64,000 nt of DNA from a virus: the IMG/VR virus record IMGVR_UViG_3300033153_001906, positions 32,001-96,000 of that record, one strand, 5' to 3'. How positions within the stretch are numbered: position 1 is the stretch's first letter; each line of letters begins with the position of its first letter. The notes beneath the pieces are model-generated. The model worked only from the letters and a program-made list of their open reading frames with translations, searched no databases and was not told where the DNA came from. Made by a program: the position numbers and the translations under genes. Of the stretch, positions 39,854 through 48,382 are shown one piece after another.

Positions 39854-41650
39854 TCATCTGGATCTGGATTCTAGATTAATGCCTTCAACCCATTTCTTTA
39901 CAGGCACTTCATGTAGCGACCATCGTTGATCGAACGAGCCTTCACTATATCTAGGATCATGTGGTATTTTTCCTTGCCACACTGTAGATCCTCGCTCATG
40001 TGTTACTGAAGGATCATCGAACGCAGAGATATAAGCTTGCACTTCCGCTTTAATTTGTGCTAATGCTTCTTGGCGGGTGTCGTGGGTCGTTGTTATTTCA
40101 TTGTGCTTGTATGGAGAATCTATTTCGTGCATATACTCAACAGGATAAGTGTCACGTTTTACTGCATACCTCTGACCAACACGCTTATAATCTGCTGGCT
40201 TCATTCCAATGCCGAGTGAATCCTCATTATCTTCGTCTAAGTATTCTTCAGGATCAGCAAGCTGTACCCAAATGTACTTGAACACTTTGTTATTATTGTA
40301 ACACTTGATGTAAACATCTCTGCCCTTGCGTTGTGCTTTACTCTGTCCTTCTTTGTGGTCGTCCGCCCAATCAAGTGCAACATCACGCGGTAGTGCTTCG
40401 CTGTTCATCTGATCCCAGTATTCTTGATCTTTGTACTTGAGTAGTACGTTGAAATACTCTTGATCCTTGTCGTAATGGTCTTCTTCAATCTTTGGACACT
40501 TGCCTGTGCCTTTGCACTCAGGACAATCTGCGCCACCCTTTGGAACACGACCTAAGCCGTAGCAAGCATTACATTCACCATCATTTTCATATACTGGTGT
40601 TGCACCGTAATCATCATACTTGACTGCGCCAACTTCGTCTAGTTCATCATCCATGCGCGCAAACTCTGCATCTGCTTCTAGATCGTCTGCACGTTCATCG
40701 TCGCCATCTTCTCGCGCCCAATGTGCATCCCAATCTGTATCGTCTGGATCACCTTCAAACATTTCATCTTTTCCATGACAAACTTCACAATCATCATCTT
40801 CGCCATCACAATACATACAAGGATTGTTATCGGCCAATTTGGATTCGAAGTCATCTATGAATTCTTTTCCTTCTGGATCATCGCCTATGCCGCCCTCAGC
40901 CACTCCGTTTCTGCGATTGTCTAGTTGGCGATCAATCATTGATTGAAGTTCTTCACCATAGTCACGTTCTAGATTATCAAGTACGTAACCGTCAACATCG
41001 TCAGGACGACCAGTTCTATGACCAACTGGAATTTCGTCAGCGTGAGTAGTTAAGAAATGATCGTATAGTATATCAAAGTACGATGAACCATAAACAATAT
41101 CACCTTGTTCATCTAAATCTTTAAGCAAGTCAGCAACTTCATTATCAGCAAGGATATCTTTTATGCTGTGTCCAGAATCTTCGCTTAGTTCAGAATCAGC
41201 AACTTTGTCTTGTAGTTTTCTTTCATCGCTGTCGCTACATCTTGGGCAGTCGAATGTGCCATGATCGCCATAAAGAAATCCTTTGCCCTTGCATAGACAT
41301 TCTTCGCCCTCATCTTCACCAACAAATTGCTTGCTGCCACAGTTCAAACATGCTACGCCGTCGAGTGGTTCTTCATCGTCACAATAAGGACACTCAGGTT
41401 CTGCATCTTCGCCAACAAACTGAGTTGATTGCTTAACATCTGTTAAAGTTGCACTTATTCCCGCTGTAGAGTCTAGCCCCCAAGCTTCTGCTGCTTTCTT
41501 TACAGCACCGTAGCTAGAATCTGCCTTGCATTCATGCTCGCCTTTTTTATTATGATGGCAAACGTATGGACGTTCGTTGCCTTCATTAATGTCTTCCATT
41601 GCTTGACGGAGACGTTTCATTTCATTTAGTTGTTGTCTTGCATCTGACAT
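39854..41650 (-). CDS. Acidic modular polyprotein with CxxC zinc-finger units; probably extends to 39718 through a frameshift
   Basis: MSDARQQLNEMKRL; many x-x-E junctions; CxxCxGxG units; GGAG SD. Confidence 0.7.
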   Translation of the reverse strand: MSDARQQLNEMKRLRQAMEDINEGNERPYVCHHNKKGEHECKADSSYGAVKKAAEAWGLDSTAGISATLTDVKQSTQFVGEDAEPECPYCDDEEPLDGVACLNCGSKQFVGEDEGEECLCKGKGFLYGDHGTFDCPRCSDSDERKLQDKVADSELSEDSGHSIKDILADNEVADLLKDLDEQGDIVYGSSYFDILYDHFLTTHADEIPVGHRTGRPDDVDGYVLDNLERDYGEELQSMIDRQLDNRRNGVAEGGIGDDPEGKEFIDDFESKLADNNPCMYCDGEDDDCEVCHGKDEMFEGDPDDTDWDAHWAREDGDDERADDLEADAEFARMDDELDEVGAVKYDDYGATPVYENDGECNACYGLGRVPKGGADCPECKGTGKCPKIEEDHYDKDQEYFNVLLKYKDQEYWDQMNSEALPRDVALDWADDHKEGQSKAQRKGRDVYIKCYNNNKVFKYIWVQLADPEEYLDEDNEDSLGIGMKPADYKRVGQRYAVKRDTYPVEYMHEIDSPYKHNEITTTHDTRQEALAQIKAEVQAYISAFDDPSVTHERGSTVWQGKIPHDPRYSEGSFDQRWSLHEVPVKKWVEGINLESRSR

Positions 41651-41676
41651 ATCAAACTCCACATTATTTATATGTG

Positions 41677-41684
41677 TATTTATC
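41677..41684 (-). promoter_or_regulatory. Late promoter
   Basis: GATAAATA upstream of polyprotein operon. Confidence 0.65.
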
Positions 41685-41697
41685 GCATTCTTATTTT

Positions 41698-42030
41698 TTA
41701 GTGGAGTGTTTGTGGTATGTAGTATGTTACGTCTAGTTCGTCTACGCCCTTTTCATATAAATCCACTATGAAGTCAGACAGTTTGCTGTGATAGTTGTTT
41801 CTTGTGACTTCGCCAACGTCTGGAATCCCCGTTGCAATCAAATATGCAGGGGCTACTTCATCAAAATATCCCAAAAGTTCTTGTTTCGTAAATGCTTCGT
41901 CGGCGTCTGTTAGAAATATCCCCATTGCTCGCGCTTGATTAAAACCGTCGTATTCGTATGCCACGACAACGTGTTGGTCAGGGAAGTAATATGTTTCATT
42001 TTTGTTGTTCTCCATTCTTATCTTCTCCAA
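41698..42030 (-). CDS. Hypothetical protein
   Basis: ORF coupled to ftsH. Confidence 0.6.
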   Translation of the reverse strand: MEKIRMENNKNETYYFPDQHVVVAYEYDGFNQARAMGIFLTDADEAFTKQELLGYFDEVAPAYLIATGIPDVGEVTRNNYHSKLSDFIVDLYEKGVDELDVTYYIPQTLH

Positions 42031-43786
42031 TTAGTATACGGAATTGGTCAAAGTCAATCGTTTCGTGTTCAACGAGAGCCAAAGCCACCTCAGTAAGTTT
42101 TTTCTTATTGCGTTTTAGAAGATTGTATGCTTTCTCATACGATTTTTCCAGTAGTTCACGTACTTGATCGTCAATCTTCTGCTTCGTGTCCTCAGATAGC
42201 ATAGGGTAATCACGATCACGAAAACTGATGAGGCCAGTGTTACTAAACCCCCATTTCGTTATCATTGCCCTTGCTAGATCGGTTGCACGTTCAAGATCGT
42301 TCGACGCGCCCGTAGTAATGGCATCTTCGCCATACTGTAGGTGCTCTGCTGCTCGACCGCCCATTAAACTGACGATCTGACTCTTTAAGTACTGCTGACT
42401 GTGACTGTATGTGTCGCCTTCTGGTAGATACATAGTGACACCCAACGCACGACCACGCGGAACGATGGAGATTTTGTAGATAGGATCGTGTTCTGGCATC
42501 TTGTGTCCCACAAGTGCGTGTCCTGCTTCGTGAAATGCAGTCATTTCTTTTTCTTTGGCTGACATTTCAAGTGTTTTCTCTTTGCCCATGAGTATGCGAT
42601 CACGCGCACCATCCAAATCAGCCATAATCATTTGTTCACGATCATTTTTGGCGATTAGCATTGCTGCTTCATTGACAAGATTCTTTAAATCTGCTCCACT
42701 GAATCCTGGAGTTCCCTTAGCGATAGTGCGTAAGTCAATAGATTCTTCCATGTTACGCCCGTTCGTATGCACTTGTAGTATCTTTTCACGCGCATTAATG
42801 TCAGGCAATCCAATTGCAATCTGGCGATCAAAACGACCAGGGCGCACAAGCGCAGGATCAAGTACATCTGCTCTATTGGTTGCGCCAATGACCAGAATAC
42901 TTGCGTGTTCATCGAATCCATCCATTTCGATCAACAATTGGTTCAATGTTTGGCCGTGTTCTCTGCTACCACCACCAATTCCAGTATCACGCGCACCACC
43001 CAATGCATCAATTTCATCAATAAACAAAATCGCAGGGGAATGTTGCTTCAAATCTGCGAACAAACTGCGAACGCGAGAGGCACCAACACCAACAAACATT
43101 TCTACGAAATCTGAACCACCAATTGTAAAGAACGGAACTTTAGCTTCACCAGCAATTGCTCTTGCTAGAAGTGTTTTACCACATCCAGGAGGCCCATGTA
43201 ATAGAATTCCATGAGGGAGTTCTGCATCAGCTTTCCAGAATTTTTGTGGGTTGTGTAAGAATTCTACGAGTTCATGCACTTCATCGAAGTCGCCAGGGTT
43301 ACCAGCAACGTCTGCCAGTGTCGTTTTGTTGTCTTCGGGATTAATGAGGTGTGCTGGACTGCCACCCATTCCAGCAGTTGCGCCTGCACCATTCTTTCTA
43401 CTTATCCATATCAGCGCACCAATAAGAATGAACACTGGAACGATTGACATTAATATCATTGAACCCATGCCTGCTGGCTTTGGTGGAGCTTCAACGCCAA
43501 TACTAGCACCCTGTGCTTGTAATTCATCAAGTATGAGTGTTACTTTACCAGGTGGAAACACTGATTGATATACGGTGTCGTCATTTTTGAGTGAATATAA
43601 AAATGATGTTTGGTCACCCTTGAGATATATCTCGTCTACATCATCTAAGTGCTGTGTGAAGTGAGTATACTGTTTTGAAATTACATCACTTGATGGAAAG
43701 AGTAAGTCAATCGTGAACCAAGTCAATATTGCTGCTGCAACAAAGACTAACACCCGCGTCTGCATTGGCTTTTTATTGTCTGACAC
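41996..43786 (-). CDS. ftsH: ATP-dependent zinc metalloprotease FtsH
   Basis: Two TM helices, GPPGCGKT, FVEMFVGVGASRVR, RPGRFDR, HEAGH, GASNDL. Confidence 0.97.
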   Translation of the reverse strand: MSDNKKPMQTRVLVFVAAAILTWFTIDLLFPSSDVISKQYTHFTQHLDDVDEIYLKGDQTSFLYSLKNDDTVYQSVFPPGKVTLILDELQAQGASIGVEAPPKPAGMGSMILMSIVPVFILIGALIWISRKNGAGATAGMGGSPAHLINPEDNKTTLADVAGNPGDFDEVHELVEFLHNPQKFWKADAELPHGILLHGPPGCGKTLLARAIAGEAKVPFFTIGGSDFVEMFVGVGASRVRSLFADLKQHSPAILFIDEIDALGGARDTGIGGGSREHGQTLNQLLIEMDGFDEHASILVIGATNRADVLDPALVRPGRFDRQIAIGLPDINAREKILQVHTNGRNMEESIDLRTIAKGTPGFSGADLKNLVNEAAMLIAKNDREQMIMADLDGARDRILMGKEKTLEMSAKEKEMTAFHEAGHALVGHKMPEHDPIYKISIVPRGRALGVTMYLPEGDTYSHSQQYLKSQIVSLMGGRAAEHLQYGEDAITTGASNDLERATDLARAMITKWGFSNTGLISFRDRDYPMLSEDTKQKIDDQVRELLEKSYEKAYNLLKRNKKKLTEVALALVEHETIDFDQFRILIGEDKNGEQQK

Positions 43787-43797
43787 TACAATCTCCC

Positions 43798-44007
43798 TTA
43801 AAAGTTAATTTTTTGTTTGTATTCTGTATTTTTCCTAACTTTCTTCTCTGGCACTCTATATGCCAGCTTCAAGTGCTTCGCACAATATGCTGTACTATCA
43901 GCAACGGGCGCCGAGCAAGATTCAAGGTGCGTCCACTCACACGTAATCGCACGATGAGGGCCAAATTGGGCTTCAATGTCGGTCATTTCTCTCAAGGGGT
44001 TCTCCAA
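43798..44007 (-). CDS. GcrA C-terminal-like zinc domain protein
   Basis: TCEW..C..P....YCAKH...AY pattern. Confidence 0.5.
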   Translation of the reverse strand: MENPLREMTDIEAQFGPHRAITCEWTHLESCSAPVADSTAYCAKHLKLAYRVPEKKVRKNTEYKQKINF

Positions 44008-44025
44008 ATATGATATGAATATGCT

Positions 44026-44054
44026 ATTCTACAGTAGTTTGGAGTCAAAGTCAA
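44026..44054 (-). promoter_or_regulatory. Sigma70-type promoter
   Basis: TTGACT-N17-TAGAAT. Confidence 0.7.
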
Positions 44055-44056
44055 GC

Positions 44057-45182
44057 TTATTCCCTGATATTTGACGGTAATTCGTCTAAAATCTCCGTGA
44101 CCAGTACAGTATTTCCCTCTTTTTTGGCTTGTACGATTGCTTCCCTGAGTTCAAACTCTTTTTCGTATGCTGAATACCATGAAATATGGTGAGGGCTCTT
44201 TGCGAAATTACGAAACCCTTTGAGAAGTTCAGTTGTGTGGTAAGAAGTGTATGAGTAATCCGTACTCTGATATTCACCTATAACAGCAAACAATTCAGCA
44301 GCATCTATGATACGAATATTATCCGTCTCTTTAGTATCCTTGTCGAGAATTGTATAGTTTGTTCCAATGTTATTAAAGTTAAATTTATCCATTATATTGT
44401 ATAAAACGACACCGTGTTTCCTTCGATAACGTAGTCGATGTCGTTGACTAGAGTAACTTCTACGTACTCTGTCCATCCTTCTGGCCCCTCTTCCCACACT
44501 ACTTGTGCGTCTGATTTGCCGAAACCACCTTTTATAATCTGTTCTTTTGTTCTTACCTTGATTGTTTTTGGTTTGAACCCTTCTTGTCTAGCTTGTTCTT
44601 CTAATGCTATTGCAAATTTTGTTGCTGCGTATTGTGCAGCAGAAGTATTGCACGACTCCCATTGTTCTTCGGTACACATAATCTTGTACTCCGTCTGTAA
44701 GTTCCAAATTAACTCTTTGTGTCTTTGCCGTTCTCCTTTTTGGCGTTCTTCACATTCATATCTGGATAGAGTGTATGTATTGCTTGCAAGATTTCGTGCG
44801 TGTTTTTCAAGTGCTGTTCAAATGTCAATTTCATTGCCTTACTCCTTTAAATGAATAGACACATATTGGACAAGTGTGCGTATATGTATGGTATTACCCA
44901 ATACATAATATTATTTAGCACTTTTATGCAGCCGTAACTATCCGCAGAACGCAGATACTAGGTAGGTTATAGGAAGCGGAAGCTCTTGTTGCCTGGCTTA
45001 CGCTTTGTCAGATGGAAGGCTTCGCAGCTATCACAATAGTAAATAGAGCCAATTTCTTTGCCCTCTTTCCAGTGACTCATTACTGCTTTACGTGCCGCTT
45101 TCCTGTCAACGTGGGAAATTTTTTTGCATTTGATTGTTTCATTGGATAATTTTTTACGAATATCATCCATTGAACCAGTCAT
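44057..45182 (-). CDS. Small hypothetical genes (44057..44392, 44392..44679, a 41 aa ORF starting 44834, 44967..45182)
   Basis: SD-led or coupled ORFs; YYCDSCEAFHLT in the last; GCTAAATA at 44912..44919. Confidence 0.55.
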
Positions 45183-45184
45183 GC

Positions 45185-45484
45185 TTATTCCTCTTCTTCT
45201 ATTGAGACATTCAGTGGGAAGCCTTCTTGTCTCGCTGTGTTTATGCAGACATTCATTTTGTTCTCTGCAAGTTCGTGTGTGTATACGCCAACGATTGCGG
45301 CGTTTTTCTCATGTACTTCCATTGTGATCGCTGTTGCTTGCTCCTCAGTCTTATGAAAGATTTGCAATAACAGAAAAATGACAAATTCCATTGTGGTTTT
45401 GTTATCGTTGTGGAAAATCACGCGCCAAAGATTTGGCTCTTTGATTTCAATTTCTTCTTTAACTTGTTCTTCAATTTCAGACAT
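45185..45484 (-). CDS. clpS: Clp protease adaptor ClpS
   Basis: WRVIFHNDNKTTMEFV..MEVHEK..GVY..FPL. Confidence 0.92.
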   Translation of the reverse strand: MSEIEEQVKEEIEIKEPNLWRVIFHNDNKTTMEFVIFLLLQIFHKTEEQATAITMEVHEKNAAIVGVYTHELAENKMNVCINTARQEGFPLNVSIEEEE

Positions 45485-45515
45485 AATAGACCCGCAAATT
45501 AATGTACAGACATAC

Positions 45516-45544
45516 ATAATAGCATGCCTGTACATCATTGTCAA
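45516..45544 (-). promoter_or_regulatory. Sigma70-type promoter
   Basis: TTGACA-N17-TATTAT. Confidence 0.6.
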
Positions 45545-45550
45545 GCGGTT

Positions 45551-45970
45551 TTACTTAATTTCTATCTGTTTTGGCTTTTTAGCTTCTGGAATTTCCTGTT
45601 TTAGCAGAATTGTGAGAATTCCATCGCTGAATTCAGCACTATCAATCTCCCAATACTCAGCTAAACTGAATTGCTTCGTGAAACTACGTGATGCAATACC
45701 CTGATGAACATAAATTTTATCTTCATCTACTGCTGGTTCTCCACTAACAGTCAATACATCATCTTCTACTGTAATATCAACATCATCCCGCTGGAATCCA
45801 GCAAGCGCAAATTCGATACTACGAGTATCGTCGCCTGTAATGATAATGTTATGTGGTGGATAGTTGTTTGATTGTAAGCTTGATAGGTGATCTACGATGC
45901 GATCAAAGCCTATGAATTGGCGATTAAAAATATCTGCCGAAGTGATACGTGCTAGTTCTTTGGTGTTCAT
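45551..45970 (-). CDS. Small heat-shock protein Hsp20 (IbpA-like)
   Basis: IGFDR, NYPPHNI, ALAGF, HQGIASRSF, DGILTI. Confidence 0.95.
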   Translation of the reverse strand: MNTKELARITSADIFNRQFIGFDRIVDHLSSLQSNNYPPHNIIITGDDTRSIEFALAGFQRDDVDITVEDDVLTVSGEPAVDEDKIYVHQGIASRSFTKQFSLAEYWEIDSAEFSDGILTILLKQEIPEAKKPKQIEIK

Positions 45971-45975
45971 GTTGT

Positions 45976-46045
45976 TACTCCTTTATAGTAAGCAAGTAGT
46001 TGGGCGCCGTGCCCTGTAGCCAATTACGCCATTGTAATTGTATAC
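45976..46045 (-). promoter_or_regulatory. ROSE-like RNA thermometer in hsp20 5' UTR
   Basis: Two hairpins, then UACUUGCUUA-CUA-UAAAGGAGUA with UUGCU opposite the SD. Confidence 0.65.
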
Positions 46046-46050
46046 ACACT

Positions 46051-46058
46051 TATTTATC
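46051..46058 (-). promoter_or_regulatory. Late promoter
   Basis: GATAAATA upstream of hsp20 leader. Confidence 0.6.
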
Positions 46059-46064
46059 ACCATT

Positions 46065-46099
46065 AAAAAAGGCTGTGACGAAAATCATCACAGCCTTTT
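46065..46099 (-). terminator. Intrinsic terminator
   Basis: AAAAGGCTGTGA..TCACAGCCTTTT. Confidence 0.85.
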
Positions 46100-46122
46100 G
46101 ATCTTTCTTTTGTTACTGTTGC

Positions 46123-46872
46123 TTAGAACCAGTAATATCCGAGTGCGTATCGACCGCTAAACCTTGGACCTTCACATAGTACAGTATTGCTACTGCTTAG
46201 TCTATGGAAGATTTGAGGATTACGTGCGACCACTACTTCTTCTGTTACTTCTGTTTCTACAGCTACATCAGCTACTCTTGATACAACTAGCTCAACCCTA
46301 CGATTGGTCTGACGACCTTCTGGATTGTCACTACCATCTGCATTCTCATTCGGTACAAGTGGGAATTGCTCACCACCCGAACTTGCTGTGACTGCTTCTG
46401 ATGGGAAACCTAGATAAACTAGAACTGCTGCTACTGCATCAGCCCTACGTAGTCCAAGTCCATCGTTGTACTCGTCCGTACCCTTTGAATCAGTGTGTCC
46501 AACCACATCAACACCTTCAACACCAAACTCTACAAGCTTTGCGTAGATTCGATCTGCTAGAATGCTTTCGCCTTCTGGTAGAACAATATCTTTGTCGAAG
46601 TCAAACAACACAGTTGCGGGGATTAAAATTACATCACCTGCAACTAGTGTTGTTACTGTCTTTGTCTGTGTCGTGCGCATGTGCGTCATTGACACTGGAT
46701 TGATTACACAATCATTACCTGGGATTCCAACTGGACGACCGTAATGTAGTCCTGCACCATCTGCGCCATAACCTGGCTTCATATCTACAGGGCTATCTGG
46801 AAATAGCGACTGAGCCATACTTGTCAACGGTAGCAATAGTGCTATTGTTAGTATAAGCTTTCTCATCGTCAT
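46123..46872 (-). CDS. Secreted OmpA C-terminal-like peptidoglycan-binding protein
   Basis: Signal peptide; VLFDFDK, GHTDSKG..YN..L..RRA, NRRVE. Confidence 0.9.
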   Translation of the reverse strand: MTMRKLILTIALLLPLTSMAQSLFPDSPVDMKPGYGADGAGLHYGRPVGIPGNDCVINPVSMTHMRTTQTKTVTTLVAGDVILIPATVLFDFDKDIVLPEGESILADRIYAKLVEFGVEGVDVVGHTDSKGTDEYNDGLGLRRADAVAAVLVYLGFPSEAVTASSGGEQFPLVPNENADGSDNPEGRQTNRRVELVVSRVADVAVETEVTEEVVVARNPQIFHRLSSSNTVLCEGPRFSGRYALGYYWF

Positions 46873-46878
46873 TTCTCC

Positions 46879-47928
46879 TTACATGATGCCTATTGTTAGT
46901 ACGTGACGGATGTAGCCCATGCCACCTTTCCACTTAGCGTGTCGTGCTGCTGCTTCAACCCACTTGAGAGCGTTCTCCATGTCACCCATTGCTGCATATG
47001 CGTCAGCTACCATAAGTGCTTGACATACATCATTTGTTACTGCTAGGGATAGAGAGAAGCTCTTACCAGTTCCTGCGCCGCCACTTGAGCAGATTGCAGA
47101 GAACGATGGTGCTGCTGAATTAACAGGCATTACTGTAGCTTCATAAACGATTTCGTCGCCTTCAACTGTAAGCGTAGAACCCTCAACTGTCTGAGTGCTT
47201 GCTGTCAAAGGACCATCTTCGCCAATGCTAACGTTAACTTCTGTGTTGTTGCCTTCGTTAGTTGCAGAGCTAGTGTTGTCGTTTGTGTTGTTGCTTTCGC
47301 TAGTTGTATCGCCAACGTTAGATGAAAGAATTCCGTTACCAGAACCTTCGCCTTGGCCTTCGCCATATCCGCCTTCACCACCACCGATGTTGATTGAAGC
47401 GTTGCCGCCAGTTGCATCAGAATTGCCGCCTGCACCGCCACCTGAGATAGCTGTTCCGCCACCTACGATGTTAGTGTTACGACTTGATGCATCTACGTCT
47501 GTTTCGGCGCCGCCGCCAATACCTACGCCAACTCCGAAGCCGTCTCCGCCTTCTCCACCAGCACCGCCTGTAGCAGTATTAGTGTTCTCGCTGTTTCCAG
47601 AACCAAAAACGCCTGCGCCAGCGATTGACGTAGCATCAGAATTTCCGCCCGTAGCGATCTGACCCTGTGCCTGACCTTGTGCTTGACCCTGTGCTTGACC
47701 CTGTGCTTGGCCTTGCGTGTTTGTGTTGTCGTTGTTGTTACGATTGGTGTTGTCGTTGTTGTTACGATTGGTGTTGTCGTTAGTGTTTGAACCACCTTCG
47801 CCACCACCTTCGTTACAATTGTGTCCACCTTGACAAGTATGATCTTGTCCGCCGTTGCCGCCGTTTCCAGTAGCGTAAGCAGGTGCCGCTAGCATGAAGA
47901 ATGCTAGAAAAATTGCCATGTACTTCAT
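46879..47928 (-). CDS. Secreted Gly/Asn/Gln-rich low-complexity protein
   Basis: Signal peptide ending AYA; NDNTNRNN and QGQA repeats; Cys-containing C-terminal domain. Confidence 0.8.
   Translation of the reverse strand: MKYMAIFLAFFMLAAPAYATGNGGNGGQDHTCQGGHNCNEGGGEGGSNTNDNTNRNNNDNTNRNNNDNTNTQGQAQGQAQGQAQGQAQGQIATGGNSDATSIAGAGVFGSGNSENTNTATGGAGGEGGDGFGVGVGIGGGAETDVDASSRNTNIVGGGTAISGGGAGGNSDATGGNASINIGGGEGGYGEGQGEGSGNGILSSNVGDTTSESNNTNDNTSSATNEGNNTEVNVSIGEDGPLTASTQTVEGSTLTVEGDEIVYEATVMPVNSAAPSFSAICSSGGAGTGKSFSLSLAVTNDVCQALMVADAYAAMGDMENALKWVEAAARHAKWKGGMGYIRHVLTIGIM
47660..47781. repeat. Coding tandem repeats: 12-mer about x4.7 and 24-mer about x2.5
   Basis: TGACCCTGTGCT units 47660..47715; GTGTTGTCGTTGTTGTTACGATTG units 47723..47781. 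Confidence 0.9.
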
Positions 47929-48032
47929 TTGTGTATCTCCTGTTTATAAACATTAATCGACCGAGTTCAGTGGGTCTTAGAAAACAAGAGTGCCAACTGC
48001 CGATTGCAACAAGATTTTTTGTTGTTACGGCT

Positions 48033-48061
48033 ATTATACTAAATTTTGACCAAAAAGTCAA
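48033..48061 (-). promoter_or_regulatory. Sigma70-type promoter
   Basis: TTGACT-N17-TATAAT. Confidence 0.8.
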
Positions 48062-48079
48062 GCACTTTCCTAAATTAAT

Positions 48080-48382
48080 TTAGTAAAGTCTTTTCCGTTT
48101 TGTAATGTCACCTTCACGACGCTTTTCTTCTCTCTTTACTGCGATTGCTCTTTTTCGTTTCCGAATTATCGAAGGCTTCTCGTAGTACTCGCGTTCGCGC
48201 AGGTCTCTCAATAGGCGGGAGTCTTGCACTTTTTTATTAAAAATGCGGAGGGCTTTTGTAAATGAACGATCATCGTCACCTTGAATCGTTACTTTTAATC
48301 CAGGACATACTGTACGTACATCAAATTCTGGCTTCTTACTGTAGTTATTATGCTTGTTTCTTGGCTTATTATTTCTGTTCAT
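48080..48382 (-). CDS. rpsU: Ribosomal protein bS21
   Basis: KALRIFNKKV..LREREYYEKPSIIRKRK. Confidence 0.88.
   Translation of the reverse strand: MNRNNKPRNKHNNYSKKPEFDVRTVCPGLKVTIQGDDDRSFTKALRIFNKKVQDSRLLRDLREREYYEKPSIIRKRKRAIAVKREEKRREGDITKRKRLY

Noticed and set aside
6599-41650. FFTKL in PhoH, FIARL in 34118..34585 and FESKL in the polyprotein as tag copies
   Set aside because: They match only the 5-residue core, which occurs by chance; flanking K and G are missing
44847-44906. 19-codon ORF 5 nt after GCTAAATA
   Set aside because: Fits the leaderless spacing but is too short to support; the region also folds as leader hairpins
47660-47781. Repeats as a possible CRISPR array
   Set aside because: Contiguous in-frame coding repeats with no spacers
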